A stretch of DNA of 33,597 bases. Source: Clostridia bacterium (GTDB lineage: Bacteria > Bacillota > Clostridia > UMGS1883). The stretch is taken from assembly GCA_036307325.1 (NCBI GenBank), contig JAXJXW010000097.1, positions 1 to 33,597 on the forward strand, given 5' to 3'. Under the pieces are notes generated by a model, which worked only from the letters and a program-made list of their open reading frames with translations, did not search any database and had not been told where the DNA came from. The position numbers were made by a program, and so were the translations under genes. Below, one piece after another: positions 1 to 9,498 of this stretch; positions within the stretch are counted from its first letter, which is position 1; every line of letters starts with the position of its first letter.

Positions 1-1092
1 GCGTGGATTGCCGCCATCATTGCAATTGGACGTTCTGCCATATGTATTGCCATTGCAACACCGTACTTTTCACACATGTCGCCCAGCTTTGTCATTTCCA
101 TAGCGCCACACACTGTAAGCATATCGGGGTGAACAACCGACACGCCACCGCACTGCATAAGTGGCTCAAAGTTTTCTGCAAGGTAAATATCCTCACCCGT
201 GCAAATCGGTACATTTGTTGCGTGAGCAATCTTTTCATAATGCTTTGTATAATGCCAAGGTGCAATATCCTCAATCCAAGCAATATTATACTTTTCAAGG
301 CGTTTTGCAAACATAATGCAATCCTCAATAGCTATATGTCCGAAATGGTCAATTGCAAGCGGTACTTCGTAGCCAATAACATCACGAACCTCTTTTACAT
401 AATTTTCAAGTACATCCATACCCTTTTGTGTTAGGTGAATACCTGTTGCATGGTGTGGTATGGTGAAGGTTTCGTAATTCTTACCAAGCATCATATCCAT
501 ATCTATCGAACCGCCCTGATGCAGAATTGCTTTCATTGAATACTTCTTTATATCCTCCAAAAAGCCTATCGGTGCATTAAGACATCCCGGTTCATCAAGC
601 AGATGTTCTATTCCTAAGTCCATTTTAAGGAATGTAAAGCCCTGCTCCATTCTTGCCTTAAGTGCGTAACCCATATCTGTACCCGTGTGTTTGCCGTCAA
701 CATCTGTATCGCAGTAAACTCTTACCTTGTCACGAAACTTGCCGCCAAGCATCTGCCACAGCGGAACACCCCAAGCTTTACCTGCAATATCCCACATTGC
801 AATTTCTAAACCTGACACACCGCCGCCTTGACGAGAGTGACCGCCAAACTGCTTGATTCGTCTGAAAATCTTGTCTACATTAAGCGGATTTTCGCCAACA
901 AGACGAGATTTAAGCATAAGAGCATATGTAGCACTTGATGCATCACGCACCTCGCCATATCCTATTATACCTTGGTTTGTATAAACTTTAATAAGTGGGC
1001 AATGCTTCGGTGCACCGTTGATATTGCAGACTCTTATGTCTGTTATTTTCAGTTGAGACGGCTCTGAGCAACGATTTACATTGATTTCCATA
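1..1092 (-). CDS. Enolase-superfamily (mandelate racemase/muconate lactonizing family) sugar-acid dehydratase-like protein. The 3' end is cut by the window edge.
   Basis: My own translation of the minus strand from the ATG at 1092-1090 gives MEINVNRCSEPSQLKITDIRV...GYGEVRD...EIAMWDIAGKAWGVPLWQMLGG...AIDHFGH...WIEDI...TGEDIY, open to position 1. A GGAGG RBS lies upstream. The ORF is missing from the supplied track because its stop is outside the window. Confidence 0.75.
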
Positions 1093-1228
1093 TACAACTC
1101 CTCCTTGACTTAAAATATGTGCTATGTTATACTTATTCCAGTAACACAACTTTAACATATAACCATCCGGACATTCAAGTTATATATTATGATGTTTGTC
1201 CACTATCTTACGATAAAGAGGATGTAAA

Positions 1229-2068
1229 ATGAGATTTAATGAATTAGTTTTTTATGATGAAGCAAATATTCCGTACATAAAAACCTTCCATTCCACCGTT
1301 TCGCCCACAAAGCGCAGTTATAACGCACATCACCATACAGAGTGCGAGCTTTCGGTTTTTATTGACGGAGAGGGTATATATGCAGTTCGAGGAAAAGAAT
1401 ATGATTTTAAACCAATGGATGTTTTTTTGTTTGGAAGCAATGAGGAGCATTGTATAACCGCAATTGATAAGGAAATAAATCTTCTGAATATACAATTTGA
1501 ACCACGCATATTATGGGAGAACTCTGAAAACATTGAACTGCTCAGGCTATTTTCAGCAAGAAGTGAGTATTTTTTAAACAAATTTGACAACAGTGACAAG
1601 AAGCTATCGTCACTTATCCTTTCACTTGAAAAAGAACTTCAAGATAAAAAGCCCGGATATAAAATTGAGGTAAAATATCTGCTTCTTTCAGCATTGATAC
1701 ATATAATGAGAAACTATCCCTACACGCAAAACGAAACTGATTTTATCGGTGGAAAAACCACAGAGCAGCTTAAAAATGCATTGTTTTATATTGACAGTAA
1801 TCTTGAGCATCACCTTACCCTGAAAGATATTGCAGATTCTGCCTGTATGACACAGACATATTTTTCCTCTGTCTTTAAAAAATTCAATGGCATATCCCCC
1901 TGGGAATATATCACAATAAAGCGTGTGGAAATGGCAGTAGGTCTTCTTAAAACAAGCGAATTATCAAAACTTGAAATAGCCGAGCGATGTGGTTTTTCAA
2001 GCTCCTCAAATTTTTACAAAGCTTTTTTTAAGATAACAGGTAAACATCCGAAGGATTTTTGCAGATAA
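1229..2068 (+). CDS. AraC-family transcriptional regulator with an N-terminal cupin-like sensor and a C-terminal HTH
   Basis: 279-aa ORF. The C-terminus (LTLKDIADSACMTQTYFSSVFKKFNGISPWEYITIKRVEMAVGLLKTSELSKLEIAERCGFSSSSNFYKAFFKITGKHPKDF) is a typical AraC double HTH. It is divergent from the dehydratase-like gene. Confidence 0.85.
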   Translation: MRFNELVFYDEANIPYIKTFHSTVSPTKRSYNAHHHTECELSVFIDGEGIYAVRGKEYDFKPMDVFLFGSNEEHCITAIDKEINLLNIQFEPRILWENSENIELLRLFSARSEYFLNKFDNSDKKLSSLILSLEKELQDKKPGYKIEVKYLLLSALIHIMRNYPYTQNETDFIGGKTTEQLKNALFYIDSNLEHHLTLKDIADSACMTQTYFSSVFKKFNGISPWEYITIKRVEMAVGLLKTSELSKLEIAERCGFSSSSNFYKAFFKITGKHPKDFCR

Positions 2069-2247
2069 TACCCTATAAAAAAAATCGAACCTTCGCCGCC
2101 GCATAGGAACAAAAAGGGGATTTTCATATTTTCCTTAAGCATATTTATAATTTTAAGCTTCATAGTATCAGCACCGGTAACTATTTTACAAATATGGGCA
2201 CCATTTTTTGATGAAAAAATATCCACTTCCTTCATGCCCTTGGATTG

Positions 2248-2276
2248 TTGACATATTTTTTCTCATGTGATATAAA
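2248..2276 (+). promoter_or_regulatory. Sigma-A-type promoter candidate for the 2306 gene
   Basis: TTGACA (2248-2253), a 17-nt spacer ending in TG-n, then TATAAA (2271-2276). A GGAGG RBS precedes the ATG at 2306. Confidence 0.4.
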
Positions 2277-2305
2277 TATAGTATATAGGCGAAAGGAGGC
2301 TTTGT

Positions 2306-3343
2306 ATGAAAAAACATATTCTGTTGCTTACAGTTTTTATATTGATTCTCTTATCTAGAAGCTCTTTTGCGTATGAAGACACATTTGTTGACATAACTGT
2401 TGACGGAAATAGTGTATGGGCAAATGTTTTCATCAGAGACGGTGTAACATATGCCGATGCACGCTCCATTGCCCAAGCCTTAAATTTATCATATGAAGAG
2501 TTTTCTTCCCACGATTCTGTTGTTTTGTCAGACGCAAACAAGTCTGCGTGCTTTACTCCGGGCGAAGAATATTTTACAACTTCATCAACCTCCGAAAGTG
2601 CCAACATTGAGCTTGCCTTTGAAAGATTTGTTGCACCCTGCCTGACTGACGGGGCGTCTGTTTTTGTGCCGCTTCGCAATATATCAAGCGTTTTTTCATA
2701 TTACATAGACTATAATAAAAGTGAAGCTACTGTGTCTATTGAAAAGTACAAGCCCTTCTCTAGCCTGATTTATGACACTCAGCTTCCGGACAATTTATAC
2801 TACTACGCCCAAAAGGATGACACCTATAACCTTAAAAACGGCGGCAGCGGATATTGCTGGGTCTGCTCCTATGCAATGGTAATTTCAAACATAAAGCAAA
2901 CTGCAGTAACTCCCCTTGATATAGAGGCAGTAAATCTTAGAAAGGGGTCAAACGGTGCCTATTGCTATCACTATGATATTGCAACTGAATTCGGGGTAAG
3001 GTTTGTTCCTGCCTTATCTCTGTCAAGTGAGTTTTACGGGGGAATTGACGCTAACTCAAGCGGAACAAAAATCAAAAACCCTTTTAAGGAGGATGATGTT
3101 GTCCGTGCGGCGCTTCGTGAGTCGCTTATTGACCATCCTGAGGGGGTTATGGTTCGTTTTGCTGATTTTCCTCACACAATGGTTGCGGTGGGCTTTGATA
3201 ACGGCAAGATTTTGTTTTATGATCCCGGTATTACCCTTTCCGATAAAGCACGCGGTGATTATTTTTCTCAGACCTGCGTTGCTCTGGCAGGGTACACCCT
3301 GTCTGACATTACATTTATTCAAGCATTAAATACGAAAGGATAG
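2306..3343 (+). CDS. Secreted protein with a signal peptide, a copper-amine-oxidase-N-terminal-like repeat domain and a C-terminal papain/C39-like putative cysteine peptidase domain
   Basis: Signal peptide MKKHILLLTVFILILLSRSSFA. The stretches VFIRDGVTYADARSIAQALN and GASVFVPLRNISSVF resemble the two halves of the clostridial 'stalk' domain. GYCWVCSYAMV and HTMVAVGFD are candidate Cys/His catalytic motifs. The RBS is strong (AAAGGAGG). Confidence 0.55.
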   Translation: MKKHILLLTVFILILLSRSSFAYEDTFVDITVDGNSVWANVFIRDGVTYADARSIAQALNLSYEEFSSHDSVVLSDANKSACFTPGEEYFTTSSTSESANIELAFERFVAPCLTDGASVFVPLRNISSVFSYYIDYNKSEATVSIEKYKPFSSLIYDTQLPDNLYYYAQKDDTYNLKNGGSGYCWVCSYAMVISNIKQTAVTPLDIEAVNLRKGSNGAYCYHYDIATEFGVRFVPALSLSSEFYGGIDANSSGTKIKNPFKEDDVVRAALRESLIDHPEGVMVRFADFPHTMVAVGFDNGKILFYDPGITLSDKARGDYFSQTCVALAGYTLSDITFIQALNTKG

Positions 3344-3351
3344 ATAATTTT

Positions 3352-4386
3352 ATGAGCATTACAAAAAAAGAATTCGGAGTACTTGAATCAGAAACAGTGT
3401 ATCTTTTTACACTTGATAACAACAAAGGGCTTAAGGCTGAAATTTTTAATTTAGGCGGCACAATCCGTGCCTTATATTTTAACGGAACTGATGTTGTGCA
3501 GGGATATGATACCCTTGACAAATACCTCATCCGTTCATGTTATTACGGGGCAATTATCGGCAGATATTCAAACAGAATCGAAAATAGCGTTTTCACAATT
3601 AACGGTAAGGATTATCACCTTTATGCCAATGACGGCAGAAATAATCTTCACGGCGGCAAAATCGGATTTGATAAAAAGCTTTGGAACGCTGAAATGCTTG
3701 ACGGTGAAGAGCCATCTCTCAGGCTTACCCTTCACAGTCCCGATGGTGATGAAGGTTTCCCCGGAAACTGTGATGTTACGGTTACATATACCCTCACAAA
3801 AGGAAACGCCTTAAGAATTCATTATGAGGGCATTTGCGATCAGGACAGTGCGATAAATATGACAAATCATTCTTATTTTAACCTGAACGGTCATGATAGC
3901 GGCACAATAGACAATCACACTCTTGAGCTTGCAAGCGATTTTTATACTCCCAACTGCGAAGAATGCTTCCCCTGCGGTGAGGTTCTCAGCGTAAAGAACA
4001 CCGCCTTTGATTTAACAACGGCCAAACCCCTTGGCGAATGCTTTAAAAGCAATGATGAGCAGGTTAAAATGTTCAACGGCTTTGATCACAACTTTGTTCT
4101 TCGGGGCATGGGTTTTAGGCACTGCGCCACTCTTATAGGTGACAAGACAGGCATTAAAATGGACATGTGTACCGATTTGCCCGGTGTTCAGATTTATACT
4201 GTAAATAGCAATGACGATAATTTTACTTGCAAAAACGGAGCTATATACCCTGTACACAGTGCAATTTGTCTTGAAACTCAAACCTTCCCCAACGGTTTAA
4301 AGCACACCCACTACCCCAACGGCTTTATAAAAAAAGGCGAAAAATACGATACTGTAACTGAATACAAATTTTCCACCACGATGTAA
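3352..4386 (+). CDS. galM: Aldose 1-epimerase (galactose mutarotase)
   Basis: 344 aa with the family motifs GRYSNRI, NDGRNNLHGG, GFPG and TNHSYFNL. Confidence 0.9.
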   Translation: MSITKKEFGVLESETVYLFTLDNNKGLKAEIFNLGGTIRALYFNGTDVVQGYDTLDKYLIRSCYYGAIIGRYSNRIENSVFTINGKDYHLYANDGRNNLHGGKIGFDKKLWNAEMLDGEEPSLRLTLHSPDGDEGFPGNCDVTVTYTLTKGNALRIHYEGICDQDSAINMTNHSYFNLNGHDSGTIDNHTLELASDFYTPNCEECFPCGEVLSVKNTAFDLTTAKPLGECFKSNDEQVKMFNGFDHNFVLRGMGFRHCATLIGDKTGIKMDMCTDLPGVQIYTVNSNDDNFTCKNGAIYPVHSAICLETQTFPNGLKHTHYPNGFIKKGEKYDTVTEYKFSTTM

Positions 4387-4424
4387 AGCCTTGAAAAACT
4401 TTGATTTTTTTCAGGTCTCAAAAG

Positions 4425-4476
4425 AGGGTGCAGCAAAACGATTTCAATAAATCATTTTGCTGCACCCTATATTTTT
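4425..4476. terminator. Bidirectional intrinsic terminator between convergent galM and glnA
   Basis: A 14-bp perfect stem, AGGGTGCAGCAAAA (4425-4438) pairing with TTTTGCTGCACCCT (4455-4468). An A-run lies upstream and a T-run downstream. Confidence 0.6.
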
Positions 4477-4487
4477 GTTTGATATAT

Positions 4488-6584
4488 TTATCTTACACCA
4501 AAGAGCAAATCACTGTATGAGGGATACGGCCAGAAGCTGCGGTCAGTTATAACCTCCAGCTCATCAGCAGTAATACGAAGCTCATTCATATTGGCAAATA
4601 CAACATTTCTGAAATAGTTTGCCTCCTCCTGAGCGTTTTGTGCATTGTCAACCACACCAAGGAGAGAATCTTCAAGAGCACATGTCTTTTTATACATAAG
4701 GTCAAGAAGCGCACTTGCCTTTTCAATAATGCTTTCTTCGTACTTACAGCTTACTGTGGGGCATGCAGCCTTCTTTGCAACAACTGTTTCCGAAAGCTTG
4801 TTAATGAATGATGAAACAGAAGGCATAATATCCTTATTTGCCATGTCAATCATAGTAAGTGCTTCAATGTTAAGTACCTTGCTATAGTTTTCAAGCATAA
4901 TTTCAAGTCTTGAACGGACTTCTATTTCAGAATAAATACGATGTGATTCAAAAAGCTTAATGTTCTTTTCTTCAACAAGATGGGGCAAGCTTTCAGGTGT
5001 TGTTTTAAGATTGAGAAGTCCCCTCTTTTCAGCCTCTTTTATCCATGCCTCATCATATCCGTTACCGTTGAATATAATGCGCTTATGTTCCTTTATTGTC
5101 TTTTTAATAAGGTCATGAAGTGCAATTTCAAAGTCTGCCGCACCTTCCAGCTCGTCAGCAAACTGACGGAGGCTTTCTGCAACTGCGGCATTGATTGCAA
5201 CATTTGCGTCAGAAATTGAAGCCGTTGAACCAAGCATTCTGAATTCAAATTTGTTACCTGTGAAAGCAAAGGGACTTGTCCTGTTACGGTCAGTTGTATC
5301 CTTGGGGAATTTCGGAATTACATGAACGCCAATCTTCATTTGAACTTTCTCCTTGGCGTCATAAGCCTTTTCGCTTTCTATAGCGTCAAGAATTTCCCCA
5401 AGCTCTTCACCAATGAACATTGAAACAACTGCCGGAGGAGCCTCATTTGCACCAAGGCGATGGTCATTTCCTGCGCTTGCAACGGAAATTCTGAGAAGGT
5501 CCTGATAATCATCTACAGCCTTAATTACTGCACAAAAGAAAAGAAGGAACTGTGCATTTTCATAAGGAGTTTCACCGGGGTCAAGAAGATTTTTTCCGGT
5601 GTTTGTGGAAATTGACCAGTTATTATGCTTACCGCTTCCGTTTACACCTGCAAAAGGCTTTTCGTGAAGGAGACATACAAGACCGTGTCTGCTTGCAACC
5701 TTCTGCAAAAGCTCCATGGTGAGCTGGTTATGATCGGTTGCTATGTTTGTTGTTGTATAAATAGGAGCAAGCTCATGCTGTGCAGGAGCAACCTCGTTAT
5801 GTTCAGTCTTTGCAAGAATACCAAGCTTCCAAAGCTCTTGGTCAAGGTCACGCATAAATGCGGAAACTCTTGTTTTAATACTTCCGAAATAGTGGTCATC
5901 AAGCTCCTGACCCTTAGGTGGCTTTGCCCCGTAAAGGGTTCTGCCTGTAAAGATAAGGTCGGGGCGTTTATCGTACATTTCTTTTGCTACAAGGAAATAT
6001 TCCTGTTCAGGCCCTACCGTTGTCTTTACCCTGACTGTATCATCATGGCCAAAAAGCTTAAGTATTCTTCTTGCCTGCTTGTCAATAGCCTCCATTGACC
6101 TTAAAAGAGGCGTTTTTTTATCAAGTGCTTCTCCGCCATATGAACAGAAAGCAGTGGGAATGCAAAGTGTACCTTCCTTTATAAATGCATAGCTTGTTGG
6201 ATCCCACGCCGTATATCCCCGTGCTTCAAAGGTTGCACGAAGTCCGCCTGACGGGAAGGAGGATGCATCAGGCTCCCCCTGAACAAGCTCCTTGCCTGAA
6301 AATTCCATTATAACGCTTCCGTCATCATTAGGTGAAATGAAGCTATCATGCTTTTCTGCCGTAATACCTGTAAGGGGCTGAAACCAGTGGGTGAAATGTG
6401 TTGCCCCGTTTTCAATTGCCCAATCCTTCATTGCACTTGCAACAACATTGGCAACTGTAATATCAAGTCTCTTCCCTTCCTTTATAGCCTTTTGCATAGC
6501 CTTATAAATATCCTTCGGCAAGCGTTCCTTCATAACGGTTGTGTTAAAAACCTTACTTCCGAACATCTCGGTAACTGTACTCAT
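4488..6584 (-). CDS. glnA: Glutamine synthetase, type III
   Basis: Roughly 700-aa GS typical of GSIII. I prefer the ATG at 6584 ([13 protein letters not shown]) because GGAGG lies 8 nt upstream. The track start at 6599 is a TTG that overlaps this RBS. Confidence 0.9.
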   Translation of the reverse strand: MSTVTEMFGSKVFNTTVMKERLPKDIYKAMQKAIKEGKRLDITVANVVASAMKDWAIENGATHFTHWFQPLTGITAEKHDSFISPNDDGSVIMEFSGKELVQGEPDASSFPSGGLRATFEARGYTAWDPTSYAFIKEGTLCIPTAFCSYGGEALDKKTPLLRSMEAIDKQARRILKLFGHDDTVRVKTTVGPEQEYFLVAKEMYDKRPDLIFTGRTLYGAKPPKGQELDDHYFGSIKTRVSAFMRDLDQELWKLGILAKTEHNEVAPAQHELAPIYTTTNIATDHNQLTMELLQKVASRHGLVCLLHEKPFAGVNGSGKHNNWSISTNTGKNLLDPGETPYENAQFLLFFCAVIKAVDDYQDLLRISVASAGNDHRLGANEAPPAVVSMFIGEELGEILDAIESEKAYDAKEKVQMKIGVHVIPKFPKDTTDRNRTSPFAFTGNKFEFRMLGSTASISDANVAINAAVAESLRQFADELEGAADFEIALHDLIKKTIKEHKRIIFNGNGYDEAWIKEAEKRGLLNLKTTPESLPHLVEEKNIKLFESHRIYSEIEVRSRLEIMLENYSKVLNIEALTMIDMANKDIMPSVSSFINKLSETVVAKKAACPTVSCKYEESIIEKASALLDLMYKKTCALEDSLLGVVDNAQNAQEEANYFRNVVFANMNELRITADELEVITDRSFWPYPSYSDLLFGVR

Positions 6585-6602
6585 TCCGAATTCCTCCAAA
6601 AT

Positions 6603-6657
6603 TCAAAAATAATAAAGACAATGGCGCACCAATGCTTAAAACATTAAGGCGCCATTG
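6603..6657 (-). terminator. Intrinsic terminator or attenuator hairpin with a U-tract. It lies downstream of xerD and inside the predicted glnA leader.
   Basis: Minus-strand RNA: CAAUGGCGC-(21 nt)-GCGCCAUUG followed by UCUUUAUUAUUUUUG. The 9-bp perfect stem spans 6619-6657. Confidence 0.55.
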
Positions 6658-6668
6658 CCTTTTTCTAT

Positions 6669-6696
6669 ATTATAACATTAAAATTAAATTTGTCAA
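6669..6696 (-). promoter_or_regulatory. Sigma-A promoter candidate for glnA
   Basis: On the minus strand: TTGACA (6696-6691), a 16-nt spacer, then an extended -10 TGtTATAAT (6677-6669). Confidence 0.5.
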
Positions 6697-6703
6697 TACT
6701 TCT

Positions 6704-7585
6704 TCATGCTCTGGGGTGCGCTTTTTTGTAAACTTTTTTGATGTTATCCTTTAAAACCTTGCTGTATACCCGTGTTGTCAGAACATCATTATGCCCCAGC
6801 ATTTCAGAAACGGAAGCAATATCTGCTCCGTTTTGTAAAAGGTGAATTGCAAATGAATTTCTGAGCGTCTGAGCATTTATAGGTGTTTCTATGCCTGCGC
6901 TCTTGGCATATTTTCTGAGTATTTTCCAAAAGCCTTGCCTTGTAAGGGGTTCGCCCAGGCAGTTTACAAACAGTGTCTTTGCACCTGTTTCACTCACCAT
7001 TAAAGGGCGTGCATTTTTAAGATAATTTTCAACGGCTGTGGTGGCTTCTCTGCCAATCGGGATATACCGCCGATGCTTGTCATCCCCTGAAGAAAGCATC
7101 TCACCGCTTATATCAACATCACGAACCGTAAGGCTGATAAGCTCTGAAACCTTTATACCTGTGGCATACAACAGCTCCAGCATGGCTTTATCACGATAGC
7201 CCTTAAGACTATTGCATTTAGGCTGCTTTAAAAGCTTCACAACCTCACGGGTTGTCAGCCCCTCAGGCAGTTTTTTTTCAACGCGCGGAACCCGTGCATC
7301 GCCTGCAGGGTTGCTTTTTATTGAGCCGATTTCCACAAGATACATAAAAAACTTACGAAGAGACGCAATATTTCTGGAAATCGTAGAATTTGCCTTGCCT
7401 AGCTCTTTCATTGAATCTATGTAATTGTTAATGGTTTTACGGGTTGTACCGATAACGCTGCTTGCCTTTTTTGCACCTGTATAGCTGCAGAATGCCGATA
7501 AATCCTTCACATAAGAATTAAGCGTATTTTCCGAAAGGGGCTGGCGTGATAAGTACAGTCTGTAATCATCAAATAACTTTTCCAT
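6704..7585 (-). CDS. xerD: Tyrosine site-specific recombinase, XerD-like (chromosome dimer resolution)
   Basis: 293 aa with an N-terminal SAM-like domain and C-terminal motifs LLYATG.R.SEL, HxLRHSFA-like (LRNSFAIHLL), GH and a catalytic Y (RVYSKV). It sits next to spoIIM, as in the Bacillus spoIIM/fur/ripX neighbourhood. Confidence 0.85.
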   Translation of the reverse strand: MEKLFDDYRLYLSRQPLSENTLNSYVKDLSAFCSYTGAKKASSVIGTTRKTINNYIDSMKELGKANSTISRNIASLRKFFMYLVEIGSIKSNPAGDARVPRVEKKLPEGLTTREVVKLLKQPKCNSLKGYRDKAMLELLYATGIKVSELISLTVRDVDISGEMLSSGDDKHRRYIPIGREATTAVENYLKNARPLMVSETGAKTLFVNCLGEPLTRQGFWKILRKYAKSAGIETPINAQTLRNSFAIHLLQNGADIASVSEMLGHNDVLTTRVYSKVLKDNIKKVYKKAHPRA

Positions 7586-7686
7586 ATTTTTCTCCGTTTG
7601 TTATTTCGTGCTATTTATTTTACAACTTCGCTTAAAAAAAGTATATTCTCAATTTGCACATAATTTTATTTGCAAATTTAGTAATA

Positions 7687-8226
7687 TTAGAGCAAAATTT
7701 CGTAAAACAAGGCGAAAAATAGGGTTTCCAGCAAAGCACCCAGGGTTCCCAAAAGAAAAATCCTGAAAACATCCCTTGTATGAATGGTGCATTCAATTTT
7801 GTCCCCTGCACATTTTATTTCCCGTTTCCGTATTACAAAAGAAGTAAAAAATGCCATAATCGGCAGAATAGACAGGCACTGGGGCAGTGCAGTAACAAAA
7901 GCCTCCCGAACACCGGAATATGTCATTATGTAAGACGCTGAGAAGGCACTTGTCACCGCACGCACAATCATTATGGGCTGAAAAAAGCTTGTAAAAAACA
8001 TTCGATGTGCAATAAAAATTGAAAACAGCCACAACAAATTCAGCCAAATTAGTCTTAAAACGGTAATGGGCGTTATGTCACTTTTGAATTCAAGATTCAC
8101 CGCACTGCCGCCCCCTCGTTGGAAGCCATAAAAAAGCACCGTACCCATTACGCTCCCAAGAATGAAATTTGCACCCGTTGATACAAGCATTTTTTTGCGC
8201 TCTGATGCGAAAGTCACATAAATCAC
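7687..8226 (-). CDS. spoIIM: Stage II sporulation protein M-like integral membrane protein
   Basis: 179-aa polytopic membrane protein whose size and hydrophobic pattern fit SpoIIM. Its position beside xerD agrees. The exact start is uncertain. Confidence 0.55.
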   Translation of the reverse strand: MIYVTFASERKKMLVSTGANFILGSVMGTVLFYGFQRGGGSAVNLEFKSDITPITVLRLIWLNLLWLFSIFIAHRMFFTSFFQPIMIVRAVTSAFSASYIMTYSGVREAFVTALPQCLSILPIMAFFTSFVIRKREIKCAGDKIECTIHTRDVFRIFLLGTLGALLETLFFALFYEILL

Positions 8227-8258
8227 CTCAAAGCTATCTTATGCCTGTCCCTTACGGT

Positions 8259-8900
8259 TTATTCACAAAGAATTTTTTCCAGCTCTTCTATGCTTTCCGC
8301 TATTTTTAAGGCACCGTTTTGAGACAGCTCTTCCCTGCTTCCGTATCCGTACAAAACGCCGATACACGCAATACCGTTTTTCCTTGCACCGATACAATCA
8401 TGCATTCTGTCTCCAACCATTATTGTATTTTCTTTTGCGGCACCGAGAGAATCCATGGCTATTTTTATTACATTTGCTTTATTTGTATTGGTACCGTCAA
8501 GCTCACTTCCCACAACGGCTTCAAGATACGGAGTCAAGCCGTATTTATCAGCTATCTGCCGTGCAAAAATCGCAGGCTTGCTTGTGGCAATCGCCATTCT
8601 TTTTCCTCTTTTTTTCAAATGGTCAAGCATTTGTAAAACGCCGTCATAAATTTTGTTTTCAAAAATTCCAATAGGCGCAAAGCGTTCTCTGTAAATACGA
8701 ACTGCCTCTTCAGCGTTTTTTTCATCTGTTCCCATATATTCCATAAACTGCTCTTTAAGGGGAGGACCTATAAAGGAAATTAAATCGTCAGGCTCTCTTT
8801 CGATACCGAAATGCTTAAGGGCGTGTGCCACACATTTTGTTATTCCCTCTTTAGGGTCTGTAAGCGTTCCGTCTAAATCAAAAAGAATAAATTCCGCCAA
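8259..8900 (-). CDS. HAD-superfamily hydrolase (phosphoglycolate phosphatase / PpaX-like)
   Basis: The four HAD motifs are present: DLDGTLTD, ATSK, K...GD and MVGD. Confidence 0.8.
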   Translation of the reverse strand: MAEFILFDLDGTLTDPKEGITKCVAHALKHFGIEREPDDLISFIGPPLKEQFMEYMGTDEKNAEEAVRIYRERFAPIGIFENKIYDGVLQMLDHLKKRGKRMAIATSKPAIFARQIADKYGLTPYLEAVVGSELDGTNTNKANVIKIAMDSLGAAKENTIMVGDRMHDCIGARKNGIACIGVLYGYGSREELSQNGALKIAESIEELEKILCE

Positions 8901-9008
8901 AAAATCACAACCTTTGCAATAAACTGTATTGTTTTTTTTATTCTTTTAATATATAATACTATTGTTTTTGTTTAAAGGCAATAATTTTTTTTTGCGGAGG
9001 TGAACACC

Positions 9009-9479
9009 ATGGCAAAAACAAATGCAGTGCGCATGCTTGAAAAAGCAAAAATACCCTTTAAAACAATTGAATATGAGGTTGATGAATCAGACCTTTCCGG
9101 CACTCATATTGCCGAAAGCATTGGAAGAAGCTGCAATGCTACCTTTAAAACTCTTGTTGCAAAGGGAGATAAAACGGGCTTATGTGTATTTTGCATTCCC
9201 TGCGATTTGGAGGTTGATTTAAAAAAAGCCGCAAAGGTCACCGGCAATAAAAAGGTTGAATTTCTCCATGTGAAGGATTTACTTCCCACCACGGGGTATA
9301 TCCGAGGCGGCTGCAGTCCCATAGGCATGAAAAAGGCTCTGCCCACATTTATTCATCAGACTGCCTTAGAGCTTGAAGATATAGCAGTAAGCGGCGGGAT
9401 GCGAGGTCTTCAGATTATTCTTTCACCAAAGGACCTGATAAGCTTCACCAACGCCAAAACAGCCGACCTTACAATTTAG
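9009..9479 (+). CDS. ybaK: Cys-tRNA(Pro)/Cys-tRNA(Cys) deacylase YbaK
   Basis: MAKTNAVRMLEKAKIPF..., a conserved K, and the GGCSPIG motif. I prefer the ATG at 9009, with GGAGG 8 nt upstream, over the GTG at 9000. Confidence 0.85.
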   Translation: MAKTNAVRMLEKAKIPFKTIEYEVDESDLSGTHIAESIGRSCNATFKTLVAKGDKTGLCVFCIPCDLEVDLKKAAKVTGNKKVEFLHVKDLLPTTGYIRGGCSPIGMKKALPTFIHQTALELEDIAVSGGMRGLQIILSPKDLISFTNAKTADLTI

Positions 9480-9498
9480 TACAAAGGACTGATAATTC

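Noticed and set aside
2014-2235. A 73-aa minus-strand ORF in the AraC-downstream intergenic region.
   Set aside because: It overlaps the AraC 3' end, has no properly spaced RBS and has no recognisable motif. It is probably non-coding.
6704-7585. The tyrosine recombinase as the integrase of a mobile element or genomic island.
   Set aside because: It has XerD-like size and motifs and sits next to spoIIM, as in Bacillus. There are no flanking repeats, no tRNA target and no phage or conjugation genes. It is interpreted as the chromosomal dimer-resolution recombinase.
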